A stretch of 63,984 nucleotides of DNA, filler included, from Ionaspis alba (taxonomy: Eukaryota): the NCBI GenBank assembly GCA_964255285.1. It is 3 parts of 3 records of this genome, joined end to end, with 100 filler letters (N's around TTAATTAATTAA, not from the genome) between each part and the next. Parts side by side here need not be neighbours in the genome. Positions count along the whole stretch, not along the records: positions 1 to 22,396 come from CAXUUL010000208.1; positions 22,497 to 44,846 come from CAXUUL010000209.1; 1 more part is not named here. One strand, written 5' to 3'. Position 1 is the stretch's first letter. Every line of letters starts with the position of its first letter. Both the position numbers and the translations under genes were made by a program. The notes under the pieces are model-generated. The model was not told the origin of the DNA. It searched no databases and saw nothing but the letters and a program-made list of their open reading frames with translations. Shown in pieces: positions 13,465 to 25,683 of the stretch.

Positions 13465-14808
13465 ATGCCTCCCCTGAGGACGATCCCGCCTGTTAAGGCC
13501 GTCAAGACTGAAAGAACCCATGAAGAGAATCAAGAGCGGTTGGTCACTCCGGTTGCGTTCATGTGACGCTCGCTGAAGGCTAATGTTCTTGGTCTCAGTG
13601 CATACATCGCTGCATCGCGAAGAAGTGATCGGAGTCTTGAAGCTCGAGTAGAGTCTGCTCGACGAGCATCAGAAATCCATAAACGTCGGACTGGACGCTC
13701 TCTGCGTGTGACCGAGCAAGATGTCGTCAATGAAGAGATGTACGAGGAAGAAGACGACGACCTTCCACTACAATATAGACGATTAACTGCGCACCTCCAA
13801 ACTGGCTCTGCCGACTTCAATCGACGGTTAGCAGCATACCTCACTAATCACGTCGCGATGAGAAGTGCTTTGGACCAAGCCATCACAAACTCTTATGCTC
13901 AGCAATACCCGAATGCTCCGCAATTCGCACACAATGAGCAGAACATGTTCCCATCACCACTGGCGACTCAAGGCTTCATGCCCCCGTCGCAGCCACAGCA
14001 GCAACAAGGATCTATGCAATCTCCACACCCATATCGTCAATCACCTTATCCAGTTCCTGGAACTCCTGGCTATCGCCAGCAAAGCCACCACAGATCCTCG
14101 TCAATTGCTAGCCCAACAGCACAATCCCACGGCGCTGCTAGGAGTCCCACTGACCCTACGGGTTCGCATGGTAATAGGCGGATGTCTGTTCCAGCATCGT
14201 TGGCTGTCTCACCGAATACCGCGAGACCTCCGCTGGCTCCTCAACCATCCCCATCAGACTTGCAGCCGAAGGTTGCGAGTCCAGGTGGTGCCTTGACTGC
14301 TTCGCCATCACAGTCGATGCCACCTCCATTGATGCAGCAATACAACTCGTCCGCCTACCAGGATTTTGGTCCTCTTAGCACTTCGCTACCGCTAGAGTCA
14401 CAGCAGATGCTCATGGGTGCCACCTTCGATCAGAACGATCCTCTGGCCTCCATGTTCATGGCAGGCGGCCAAAACCTAGGCCAGTCATTCTTCGACTTCG
14501 GATCCGTCCCTTCTTTCTCGAAGCAGAGCAATTTTCATCCATCTTACGATGGCATGAACGCCACTCTGGCGCCAAGTGCACTTGACATGTCTCCTCCGCA
14601 CTTGAAACAGAATGATCCGGCTCCCCGTGCCACCCCACCCGCCACTACATCTCCCTTCCACCTCGACCTCAGCCAAGGTCTTGGCGACTTCAAAGGCGTT
14701 CACTATAATACATCGAACAGCTTGACTGGCAGTGGTACCGTGACCCCAGGTGATGGCGGCTGGGATGCATTCATCGATGACAACTCTTGGGCTGAGAATG
14801 CCACTTGA
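13465..14808 (+). CDS. Conserved fungal hypothetical protein: basic helical N-domain plus long P/S/Q-rich disordered tail (possible transcription regulator)
   Basis: Exon 1 MPPLRTIPPVKAVKTERTHEENQER, a short GT-AG intron, then AYIAASRRSDRSLEARVESARRASEIHKRRTGRSLRVTEQDVVNEEMYEEEDDDLPLQYRRL continuing into the 366-aa ORF. Confidence 0.8.
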
Positions 14809-15727
14809 GGTGTTCCTTCTTTTCATCAATTTCCCCCTTCCTGCCCGATGCAGAGGATGTCTTTCAGAGCACACACGGACTGGTCTTCGAAAATGGAAGA
14901 TCGAAGGATCTTCACGGACAGAAGCACACATGGGTCTTGTATCGGACGAGTTCTTCCTGCCTTAACTTTGCTTCCCGGCGTCGGACATCAATCCCGAATT
15001 GCAGCGGCGAATGCAACATTTATCGCCTCTTCTTCTTCCAGATACATTGTATCTCGAACCAAACAAACTCAACTCCACTCAACTGATTGACATTATGTTT
15101 ATGGCTTACGGTACGGACCTCGCTGACTCGGGCCTTTCCACCCTGGAATATGGGTTCATGGGATGGCTGGACGAGGGGCGGGAGACGACATGGATTTCGG
15201 CTTTTGCGGGACGGCTTTCTTGGAACAGAGGCTAGGTACAAAAGTGAAATGGACGCTGGTTAGTGATTGACGTGGTGAAAGCGGAGTTCTTCTCGTGATG
15301 GCAGTGTGGTTTTACTTAGGCTTCTCTTCTGTGAGTTAGCGAGAGTAGTTGAGGCTTTGGGCTGGAGAATCTGCTGTATGATTGCTTGGTGGTTAGCTTT
15401 AGTGATGGTCGTATTTCGGTCACTTTACGTCCTCGATTAGATATTATTATACTTGCTGCACGTGCTTGAAAATGTTAGTTTATGTTCTTACCTCTCATCA
15501 CCGTCCTCATTCTTGTAACCTCCCAGTTACATGTTCCTTGGAGTCGCCAGCTACAGCACCCTCAACTTACTACAATCTTGTTCGTTGTTATTCTCGAGCA
15601 CAGCATTTTTCTTGAGGATATTGAGCAGCCGTGTGGCATGATATACCAAGGCCTTGACGGCCCATAATTATTAATAAGGATTGGTAGTGAAATAATGTAT
15701 GAACAATTTTCGACAAGATGAGCCTGT

Positions 15728-18116
15728 TCAACGATCCAGTCCACTATCCAGCACAGCAAGCGCTCGCTCAAACACCCGCACCAGCTCTACCGTATCTTCC
15801 AACCCAACACTAAACCGGATCAGATCCGCCTCAGCCCCAAATTTAGCCGCCCACTCGAGCTCATTGTAGTGGGCTAAAATCACGAACGGACAGCTGTGTA
15901 GTGTTAGTTGACATCTAACCAATAAAAAGCAGGAAGAAAGCTTGCTGTGTAGTCATACCAAAGAGTAAAATTCGTGCCGAGACTCGGCCCCTTGGCTATC
16001 TCGATGGCATCAAAGAAAGCGATGGCATGAGCAGTGCTGTGGAAAGTGACGGAGAGGAGACCGCCATAACCGCCGTTGGGGTTGCGGTAGGCGTCGTAGA
16101 GGTGGCGGGTGGGACTGTGGAGGGGGTAGTAGATTTGCTTGACTGGTGCGAGGGAGGCTCTGTTAGTGGACCGAGATTGGATCGACGGGTATGAACATGA
16201 TAATGGGTTGGAGCGAGAAGACTTACCATGAGGAGATTTCTTGAGGACTTCGCAGATAGCTTCGGCATTGACGTTGATGCGGTCGATGCGAGTGACGAAG
16301 TCCCGGCTGTTGCGCTCCATGAAGATGGCATCTTCGGGCCAGTAGTTGTCTTCGTAGTCAGTTGCCAGGGTCTCTCGGAGAGCGGTGTAGTAGCGACTTT
16401 CGGGGTTGAGGATGCAGCTTCCATGGATCAGTAACCCCCTTTAAGGAGGCCAAAAAGAGGTACGTACCCTCCACCCATGACATTACTATCACCACTGAAG
16501 ACCTTCGTGAGACTGCTCACCACGACATCCGCAGACGGCAGGACGTGCACGTTCATGAAATTGCCAATCGTCTCATCGACGACGACTGCGAAATCATACT
16601 GGTCTGCCAAAGCACGGATCCGTTGTAGGTCCGGAGTCTTCAGGAGCGGGTTGCCCGGGAATTCGCAGAACAGAGCAAGGAATTTTTCGCCGCTTTTGCA
16701 GCGGGACTCGAGGTCGTGAAGATCAGAGGAGGAGCCATTGCCGTAGAATAGACAGCCGGGACCCCACTTCTCTAAGATCTTGAGGGTGTCTATGTATGGG
16801 AACCTAGACTCGGTCAATGATCCAATCGACACCATTAGATCCATCAACATACCCGTAGCTTATACTCTTAAACCAGCCTCTAGTCTTAAGCATCGTCTGG
16901 TGAACATTGAAAATGGAACTCATGCCGGTAGGATATAGGTAAACATCGTCTTCGGAGAACCCTTGGACGTTCCTTACGGTCTCGGTCTTGTCTGTAGCAT
17001 CAAGAGCTTCATTCAGATCCACGTTTGCTGTGAGAGATCCCGCGATTCTTCTTCGTATTGCTAACTTCGCACTTGCAGCCAGAGAGGTTTCGAGATTTCG
17101 GCCAAAACGTTCCTCCAGAAATTGCATGTAGTCTCTTTTGTCGGGATTTTCTGNNNNNNNNNNNNNNNNNNNNNNNNNNNNNNNNNNNNNNNNNNNNNNN
17201 NNNNNNNNNNNNNNNNNNNNNNNNNNNNNNNNNNNNNNNNNNNNNNNNNNNNNCGGCCAAAACGTTCCTCCAGAAATTGCATGTAGTCTCTTTTGTCGGG
17301 ATTTTCTGGTCTCATTGCACAACTTAGTACAGCTATATCAATCTTTTCAACCGAGGCTTCTCGCTGGTATCTTCGTGGTCCTTTGCTTGTGCGCTTCGTC
17401 GCCAGATGTTCTGAGCTCGAGTCATCTCGAGCTACTAGATGACCTTCTTCAAAGGCTTTGTGGCAAAACTCAGCTCGCCGGCTCGAGACTCCGTCTCCAG
17501 AGTGTTGCCAGAAAGTTTTGGCACGTTTGGCGTAGCCCTCGGGGAAAATTACTGCTGAGACAACAGTCGTGACAGCGTTGGAGGTTACTTCGCTTGATGT
17601 TTCTCCATGCAGCACCAAGTCTAGTATTCGCGGTTTCGTACTCGATGATGAAAAGTGTCCATTTGTGCTTGCTAAGCCATTGGATTGGAGAAGAAATTCA
17701 AGACATCTTTTGCTGATTATAGTGGAAGGAAACAACATGGCTTGCTCGCTTGGATCTCCATATTTCGATACAATAGCCTTTGCAAAAGCTTCAATACTCA
17801 GATGAATAAAAAATCTAAGCAGACTCAGAAAAAAATGGCTAACCCCATTGCTCTCCGATCGGCAGGACTATGTTACCTCGGATAGCCATTCTTCATTTTG
17901 CTTAAAACCCAGTCATCACCTTCCTCGTACCCTACATTGGCCTTCCATGACGGGAGTGATACACTGACAGCCTGATAGATTCAGTCTCACAGAAACTTCA
18001 AGGACGGCTTGGCCATGAAAAAAAGCAAAAACGATGTATATGATTCAAAAGGACTCAGTGGCACTCACATGCGGAGTGTCAAGAGGAATTGCCTGACCGA
18101 TTTCATTTGTATACAT
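15728..18116 (-). CDS. STR2: Cystathionine gamma-synthase (PLP-dependent, Str2/Met-7-like), multi-exon, spans a spurious gap
   Basis: Exon 1 [16 protein letters not shown], then [65 protein letters not shown]-lysine motif [30 protein letters not shown]. Confidence 0.93.
17099..17308. repeat. 55-bp direct duplication flanking a 100-N gap (unmerged contig overlap)
   Basis: 17099-17153 and 17254-17308 are identical (cggccaaaacgttcctccagaaattgcatg...gggattttctg). N run at 17154-17253. Confidence 0.95.
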
Positions 18117-18322
18117 TGTTGCTACAGAGGTCATAGCAACTGCTGTACTGCGTACGCTAGAGACGATAAATATCGTTCACATGAACCAGCTGGTGGGACT
18201 TGTAAGTATCAAAAAACCAGATGATCCGATTTCGGCAGGAAAGTTCGATGAACAACATGGCAGCAGGGATTACCATGCAGCAGCAAGGATTCTTCGACGA
18301 CGTTGGAGCTAGGCAGGCACTA

Positions 18323-18342
18323 GTGATGAGCTTAAATTTTTT
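18323..18342 (+). promoter_or_regulatory. PAC-like (GTGATGAGCT) and RRPE-like (AAATTTTTT) ribosome-biogenesis elements upstream of UTP22
   Basis: Sequence gtgatgagcttaaatttttt lies about 90-110 bp upstream of the UTP22 ATG. It resembles the yeast PAC (GCGATGAG) and RRPE (TGAAAATTTT) motifs. Confidence 0.45.
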
Positions 18343-18432
18343 GATAATGCTGAAACTAAACAATCGTCACGGGTGCTATGGAATTCGCGAATTGATGCGC
18401 TGATCGCAGAGCGGCATCGACTATTTTCTATC

Positions 18433-21400
18433 ATGGCGCCTCAAGTTCTGAAGAAGCGTAAGCTGGAACATTCTCCAGTACTCGACGAGCACGAGGAAGG
18501 AATAGAGGATTCCACAGCTGGAAGCGATAATGATTCAGAAGAGGTAGACACTGGTATAGCCGGAATGGAGAGAATATCGAACGGAACACGTCGACCAAGG
18601 GACCAGAGCTCGAAAGCCCCATCGTTTCCCCAAGCTGGCGAATACAATACCGACATGCTGCAAATGCAAATCGGCGAGCTATTGGAAGAAGTGCGACCCA
18701 AGTACGAGACCAGAATGGCTAAGGTTGAGAAAGCATTGCACAAACTCAAGCATGCGATTGAAAGCATTCCAGCTCGTGAGCCTTTGTCCGTATGTCACGA
18801 ATCCATCTCCACCAGCCAGTATATTGCCGCTGACTTTTGTGCTCTAGATTGTAGAAGCGGAGCGCAATCTCTTTGACGAGCATCAAATCGCCGTGCCTTT
18901 TCCGGAGCCACGACCGAGCAAGGATCTACAATACAAGTTGAGCTATGAAAAGCCGTCGAACATCAACGTTGTTGGAAGTTTCGCTCTACGCACGGCTGTG
19001 AAGGGAGAGGAGCCTTTGGTGATAGATCTAGCTGTCACAATACCATCAGTATGGGCCCTCTCTGCTACAGGGAATCGTCTCAACTGACGTATGGTAGACT
19101 TTGTTCCAGGAAAAGGACTACATGAACCATCGCTATTTCTACAAGAGAGCCTACTATATTGCATGCTTAGCAGGGGGAATATGCAAAAGCACAGAGTGCC
19201 ATTACAAGCTTGAGTACGAGTATCAGGATTCGAACCCTCTACAGCCGGTGCTTTTGGTCTCGCCAGTCAAGGGTATGCGCACCACTCACCTCGACGGAGA
19301 CTCAATTGACGGTTTCCAGATGGTGGTGAAGATGACTTCTCGAGCTGCAAGGCTCAAATCCGGATAGTGCCAGCCACTAGCCATGATTTATTCCCTATAG
19401 CTAAGACTCTACCTTGGAAAAGTTCAGTTCGCGCAAAGTCCATTGGAGACACCAGCTCAACTCCTTCGGCTTCTCTAACACCTCTCTACAACGCAACTCT
19501 GAGGTCGGAAAGCTCAGTGAGTTCTTATCTGAAGCTTTTGCATGCGGCATCAGTGCAATGCGAGGGCTTCAAGAACGCTTGTATGTTATGGACTGTCTGG
19601 CTGAAGCAGCGCGGCTTCGAATCAGATCTACGGAGAGGAGGCTTTGGATGGCTTGAGTCCTCGAGTCTCCTAGCTCTTTTGCTTAGAGGAGGAGGGCCGA
19701 ACGGACGACCTCTTCTCTCTACTGGCTACAGTAGCTATCAACTCTTCAAAGCATCCCTACAATTTGTCGCGTCAAGAGATTTGGTACATGAGCCAATAAT
19801 TATGTATTACGAAAGAAAAGATGACATTAAATTCTTCAAGTCGAACACTCCGATGTTCTACGATGGCGAGAGGGGAATTAACATTCTGTACAAGATGCTT
19901 CCGTGGTCATATAGAGCGGTCAGATGCCCTGCATGTTCTTGCCCTTATTGAGCTGACTTTTACCCCGGACAGCTCCGGAATGAAGCTCGAAGGACATTGG
20001 ACATTCTTGGCACAACTCTTTTTGATCGATTTACGCCATCTTTCATTACGAAGCTTGACGATGATGCTCGTCAATTCGACATGATTGTTCGGTTAGCATT
20101 CCTCTTCGAAGTGCCCGACGTAGCTGATGTATGGAACAAAGACTTCGTGTTCCTGCCTCATCAAAGCCTGCCTCTGATAGTTTAGATACCAATGATCGCG
20201 TTCTGGACTTTTGTAAGAAGGCTTACAAGGTCTTAACCACGGGCTTAGGCAATCGAGTCAACTCTGTACACTTCAAAGCTCCCCAATTGAACCCATGGTC
20301 TCTCGACGCCGAGGGCAACCCTGCCGCACAGGTACCAGATATGGTGAACATTGGGCTACTAGTCAATCCTGAAAACATCAGCCGATCTGTCGACCACGGT
20401 CCACCTGCAGAAGACAAGAAAGCTGCAGCCGCGTTCCGAAAGTTTTGGGGAGAGAAAGCTGAACTGCGCCGCTTCAAAGATGGCAGCATTCTGGAGAGCC
20501 TAATCTGGACAGTAACCCGAGGTGGCGACTCGGTCATGCATCAAATCATAAATTACGTGATAGCACGACATCTAGGCACAGAGGCTGCCGATAGCATAAG
20601 TTATGTCGCTGATGATTTCTATCGCATGCTACCTGGTCGACAATCTCATTCTCTGCCCTCATTGCTTCCATTCGAACCGTCGAATACCGGCTTCGAGACG
20701 CTGGCAAAGCAGATCCGAGAATTGGAAGGCCTTCCTCTTCAGATTCGACAGATATCAGCATCAAGTGCTAGCCTCCGCTATGCTTCGATCATACCTCCAG
20801 AACCCGGCACCAATGACGGCTCTTCTCAGCCCATGGACATGCTAATACAGTTTGAAGGATCGGCGCGCTGGCCTGATGACATTGCTGCTATCCAGAGAAC
20901 CAAAATCGCCTTCCTCCTCAAATTGGGTGACCTTCTCGAAAAAGCGACTCCTGGCACGATAACCCGCCTCGGCCTTGAAAACACCTCTCAAAAACTTCTC
21001 AATACCTCGTTCTTAGACATCACGACGCCCAACTCCCTCTCTTACCGTCTGCGCATCCACCACGATCGCGAGCTTACTCTCCTGACCCGCGATCTCAAAA
21101 CGGCTTCGACAGCACACATCCGCGAAACGACCGCCCACGCCATCTCTACCTACAAACGCACCTTTCTCCACTCCCCTGCGCACACCACTGCCGTCCGCAC
21201 TCTCTCCACCCGCTTTCCCCTCCTCTCACCCACCATCCGCCTCCTCAAACACTGGGCCTCCTGCCACCTACTCTCTCTTCACCTCTCGTCCGAACTCCTC
21301 GAGCTGCTTGTGCTCCGCGCCTTCCTCCATCCTGCGCCTTGGCCTGTCCCTGGCAGTCTGCGTACTGCTTTCCTCCGCACAATGACGTTCATCGCAAAAT

Positions 21401-22092
21401 GGAATTGGCGGTCGGAACCTCTGATAGTGGATCTCGGCGGCGAGATGACGGACAAGGACGTCGAGGCCATCAATACAAGATTCGACGCTTGGCGCAAGAT
21501 CGATCCCGCCTTGAATCGGACCGTGCTGTTCGCAGGGACGAATCTCGATCCGGATGGCTTAGCATGGACGGAGCGTGGGCCGTCGAAGGTCGTGGCGGCG
21601 CGGTTGACGTCGCTCGCAGCTGCGGCGTGTGGATTAGTGAAGGAGCGAGGGGTTGATGTGGATGTGGAGGCCTTGTTTACGGCTAGTTTGCAAGACTACG
21701 ATTTTGTGATTCGTCTAAGTGATAAAGCGAGAGGGGGACGAAAAACAAAGAAGTCGATGTTCAAGAATTTGCGGGTGGAGGGGGCGATGGATGTGGAGCT
21801 GGTGGGTTTTGATCCTGTACGGCTTTTCGTGGAGGAACTGCTGAAGATACATGGACCTAATATTGTGTTCTTCTGTGGGGAAGGGGAGAGATCGGTTATT
21901 ACTGGATTGTGGAGTCCCTCCACTGGTCCGAGAGCCTGGAAGGTTGGACTGACGTGTTCTACGGTACCAATCCACAAAGGCGATGAAGAAAACGAAGAAT
22001 CTATGCAGGTTGAGATCAACAAAACAGCGATCTTGAACAATATAGCAAGACTGGGAGGGGATCTAGTGTCGAAGATTGAGGTCAAACACTAG
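18433..22092 (+). CDS. UTP22: U3 snoRNA-associated protein 22 (Nrap family), multi-exon
   Basis: INVVGSFALRT, FQEKDYMNHRYFYKRAYYIA, VWLKQRGF, GYSSYQLFK, FRKFWGEKAELRRFKDGSILES, QFEGSARWPDD, IARLGGDLV. Confidence 0.95.
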
Positions 22093-22396
22093 GACACATT
22101 TTCGTGGATGACGTTCTATTATATTACATCCAATTTGTGCCGCTAAAAAAAGGCCCTGTTATCTATATAAAAATGCTCAGTTCCATAAAAACGTCAAACT
22201 GCTTCGCTGTAAGACGTTATCTACCTGAACGTCAGAAGCTGCTGTCCCTTCTTGCCAACTACCCTCTGCGTTGTGAACCCGCAATACCGGTCTCGGATGG
22301 ACACAACTTCGTATGTGCCCTCCTGGGAGGCTGAGATCGATTTCGAATACTCTTGGGAAATATCATGTTTCGTCTCGAGGACGACTGACTTCTTTC

Positions 22397-22496
22397 NNNN
22401 NNNNNNNNNNNNNNNNNNNNNNNNNNNNNNNNNNNNNNNNTTAATTAATTAANNNNNNNNNNNNNNNNNNNNNNNNNNNNNNNNNNNNNNNNNNNN
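22397..22496. other. Artificial scaffold linker N44-TTAATTAATTAA-N44
   Basis: A six-frame stop oligo at 22441-22452 is embedded in Ns, 100 bp in total. Confidence 0.95.
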
Positions 22497-23411
22497 CAAG
22501 GGCTAGAGACCGAGTCTCAAGTGTACCTTTCGAGGGGACAAGCAACAGAACTTGGAAACAAGAGAAGCCGAGTGGCTATTACTCTGTGCCACGGAGAAGC
22601 AAGACATCTCAGGATACTGAACATGAGACCTGCATCCATGACCTTGACTTTCCACGGGTACAGCGGTCGATGCGAAGCGGATGACAAGGATCGACCATGG
22701 CAAGACCTAGCGGGCGGAAGCCAACCGGGTAGGGCTTGGGTGTGTGATAGGTCAAAGCTGGTTAGATGATTGTTGTGTACCTGCGTCTGTAACTCCCTAC
22801 ACGCGCGAATCATGTCGCTTTCCGTTTGACAACCACTCTCTGGAGAGAGATTAGTATCATCTTCTTTGTTTCTGTACCCCCAAGCAGTCCAGTCCTCCTG
22901 CTCTACTCCATCAGCTCCATCTGTGATGATGGCAGATTGGAAGTTGGAGGGGCAGCAGCTGGACATGATTAACTTTGCTGCAGAGGAACATGGCTTCAAT
23001 CGCTGGTCATCTATCCCATGTCATGGTCAGGGTTCGGAGTGTCGAGCTAGACGCAGCAATGTCTGCCAGTATCGGTACTGGACAAACGGTGTGAGACCAC
23101 TTCCTAGAACAAGCTGTGTTATGGTTGTCCACACACAACACTCGATGTCATGGCACGAGTATCTATAACCACTAATTTCCTCTCCGTTTCATTATGGAGA
23201 ATTCTTTCTGCACTGATACTGACACTTGTAGCCCTATTGGCGCTTTCGCTTCTCTGCCCCTCCTACCGCAACCTCCCCTCGCTTTCTCTACCCAGCGCTA
23301 TTTCTCATTCACTACACTCTCTTCACTTTGTCTTCTTCCTTCCCTTCTCCTTCTCCCTCTTTATTCCCACCAAATCTCCCCCACTAATCCATCCAACGTT
23401 GTCTTACCGCT

Positions 23412-25215
23412 ATGGCACCACACTCGTTTTTCCTAATCACGCTCATTAGCAACCTCTGTGCTTTCACATTCGCACAAACTCAACACTTCTTTTCGGTGAG
23501 TGAGCTCAAGAGACGCCCAATAAACCGGCTAGAGACCTGCTGATATGAGCACAATCAAGATCCCAAGCATAGCACCGCCCACTTTGGTGATTGATACCTA
23601 CAACGCAGATCTTGCCATTGAGGCCCCAGTCTTCTTCACACCATTCCAGACCAGCCAACCAGGTCCCTTGATCTTTGACAGCAATGGGGTGAGCTTATAC
23701 TCTATGTCTCAGACAACACACTGCTAACATTTGGGGCAGACTCTCATCTGGGACGGTGCAGCCGTAGTGACGGGGTTCACGGCCCACGACTTGACTGTCT
23801 GCAACTTCAAAGGATCACCTCATCTATGTCTCGTGGACGGTACCCAGTTCAATGGCTTCCTTCGAGGCACGGGTCGAATACTCGACAACACGTACACCGA
23901 AGTCAAGTCCGTTCGTGCGGGCAACAATCAACCTGATTTAGATCAGCACGAATTCAAGGTTATCAATGGAGGAACGTCAGTCCTCACAACCATCTACAAG
24001 CAAGTATCTTTCAATGGCTCGAAATTTGGGATACCAGACGTTTCCTTTGTGACTACGGGTATAGTTCAAGAAATCGACATTGAAAGTGGTAATGTTCTAT
24101 TCGAATGGAGCTCAATAGATCATGTGCCCGTCAACCAGAGCTTAGTGTTGCCTGGCACAACTGATATTAGTGGAGACGGCAAGACTAGCGACAGTTCATG
24201 GGACTACTTGTAAGCAACTCATCTCTTAGTCGCTCCCTAGACTGTTAACACTTGCTAAATCCATTACCAACACAGCCATATCAATTCCGTCGACAAAACC
24301 GATACAGGAGACTTCATAGTCTCCGCGCGGCACTCCAAAGCCATCTACAAAATCAGCGGCCTGACCGGTTCCATCCTCTGGCAACTCGGCGGCAAATCCC
24401 CCAGCATAACCAGCGACTACGAATTCAACTTCCAACATGACGCCCGCGTCCGCGCCACCACCGATAAAACCCTAACCCTCTCCCTCTACGACAACGGCGC
24501 TGACGACAGTCCCCCACCCCCGGGCACAGACAGACCCGGCTACGAACCCACCTCCTCCGGTCTCGTCGTCATCATCGACGAATCCGCACAGACCTCCCGC
24601 CTCCTCGAGCGCTACAACTGGCCCAACCAAACGCTGTCGACATCTCAAGGCGATATGCAATTCCTCCCCAACGACAACAAACTCCTAGGCGCCGGCTCCC
24701 AGCCCAAGATCGCCGAATTCACCACCAACGCAACTGGCAACGCCGAACTAGTCTTCTCGGCGCATCTTTCCTACGACGGCAGCGGATCCGCGGCTTCGTA
24801 TCGGGATTTCAAATTCCCATGGCGAGCGTTCCCAGCCACGTTGCCCGATCTTTTTACCTATGCGCATAATTGCTCCACGAGTCCCGTGATGTACGCTTCA
24901 TGGAATGGCGCGACGGAAGTCGCGATGTGGCGTTTCAGCACTTCCAACACTACAGATAATGGGACGTTTCAGCAGGTGGGACGGTGTGTGCAGAAGAGCG
25001 GGTTTGAGACAATGGCGGTGTTTGGGGAGGAGGGGTTTGCGAAGTGGACGATTGTGGAGGCGCTGGATGTGGATGAGGGGGTTCTGGGGAGGTCGATACC
25101 TGTGAGGACGTTTGTGCCGGGGAAGGATGTGCATGGGTGTGGGGGTTTGTCGTGTGGGACTGGGGTGAATTATACAACGGCGGATAGTGTGAGTTGTGGG
25201 GGGTTGAGGAGGTGA
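23412..25215 (+). CDS. Secreted arylsulfotransferase-like (ASST family) beta-propeller protein, 4 exons
   Basis: Signal peptide MAPHSFFLITLISNLCAFTFA. Motifs GPLIFD, DQHEF, FEWSSIDHV, WDYFHINSVDK, VSARH, ILWQLGG, FNFQHDAR, SQGDMQFLPN, SYRDFKFPW, YASWNGATEV, GFET. Confidence 0.88.
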
Positions 25216-25683
25216 TGGTGGTGGTTGGTGTTTGAGTGGTTATGGAGAGGTGTTGGAAAAGGGAGGAAGGTAAGGTGGCTTGATTTATCTTGCTGGAGTT
25301 GGCTGATATGTAGACTGCTGAAGGAGTGACTCAACAACTTGTTGATCTTGTGTCGCTTTCTAGCACATTTGAGTTGAAGCAGATAGAAGGGGTTAATGAG
25401 CTGAGCTTCTTTGTGTGCTGTGTTTACTACCTTACCTGGCTTGCAACGACTCTAAACGGCTAGTTCCATGTGCGAAGATTAGACTAAGTAATGGCTAATG
25501 TCTTTCTTCCTACCATCTACCAAGTAACATGACTCTATGCAAAGCATCCAGTGACTCGTTGAAGCTGACTACTACCCAGAACCTTATGGACAATCAAGCG
25601 CTCCTCGCGAACTTCGTACAGCCCACCCTTCCCTCGATATTCAATCCCTCGGGTAATCAACCATCCCACAGCAAACAAGTACA

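Noticed and set aside
22441..22452. Palindromic TTAATTAATTAA (also at 44891-44902) as a biological site or TTAA transposon target
   Set aside because: It is centred in N runs and identical in both places, so it is a synthetic linker.
22517..22999. 160-aa minus-strand ORF at the scaffold edge
   Set aside because: No recognisable motif or convincing splice model. It could be a fragment of a gene cut by the scaffold end, but I cannot support that.
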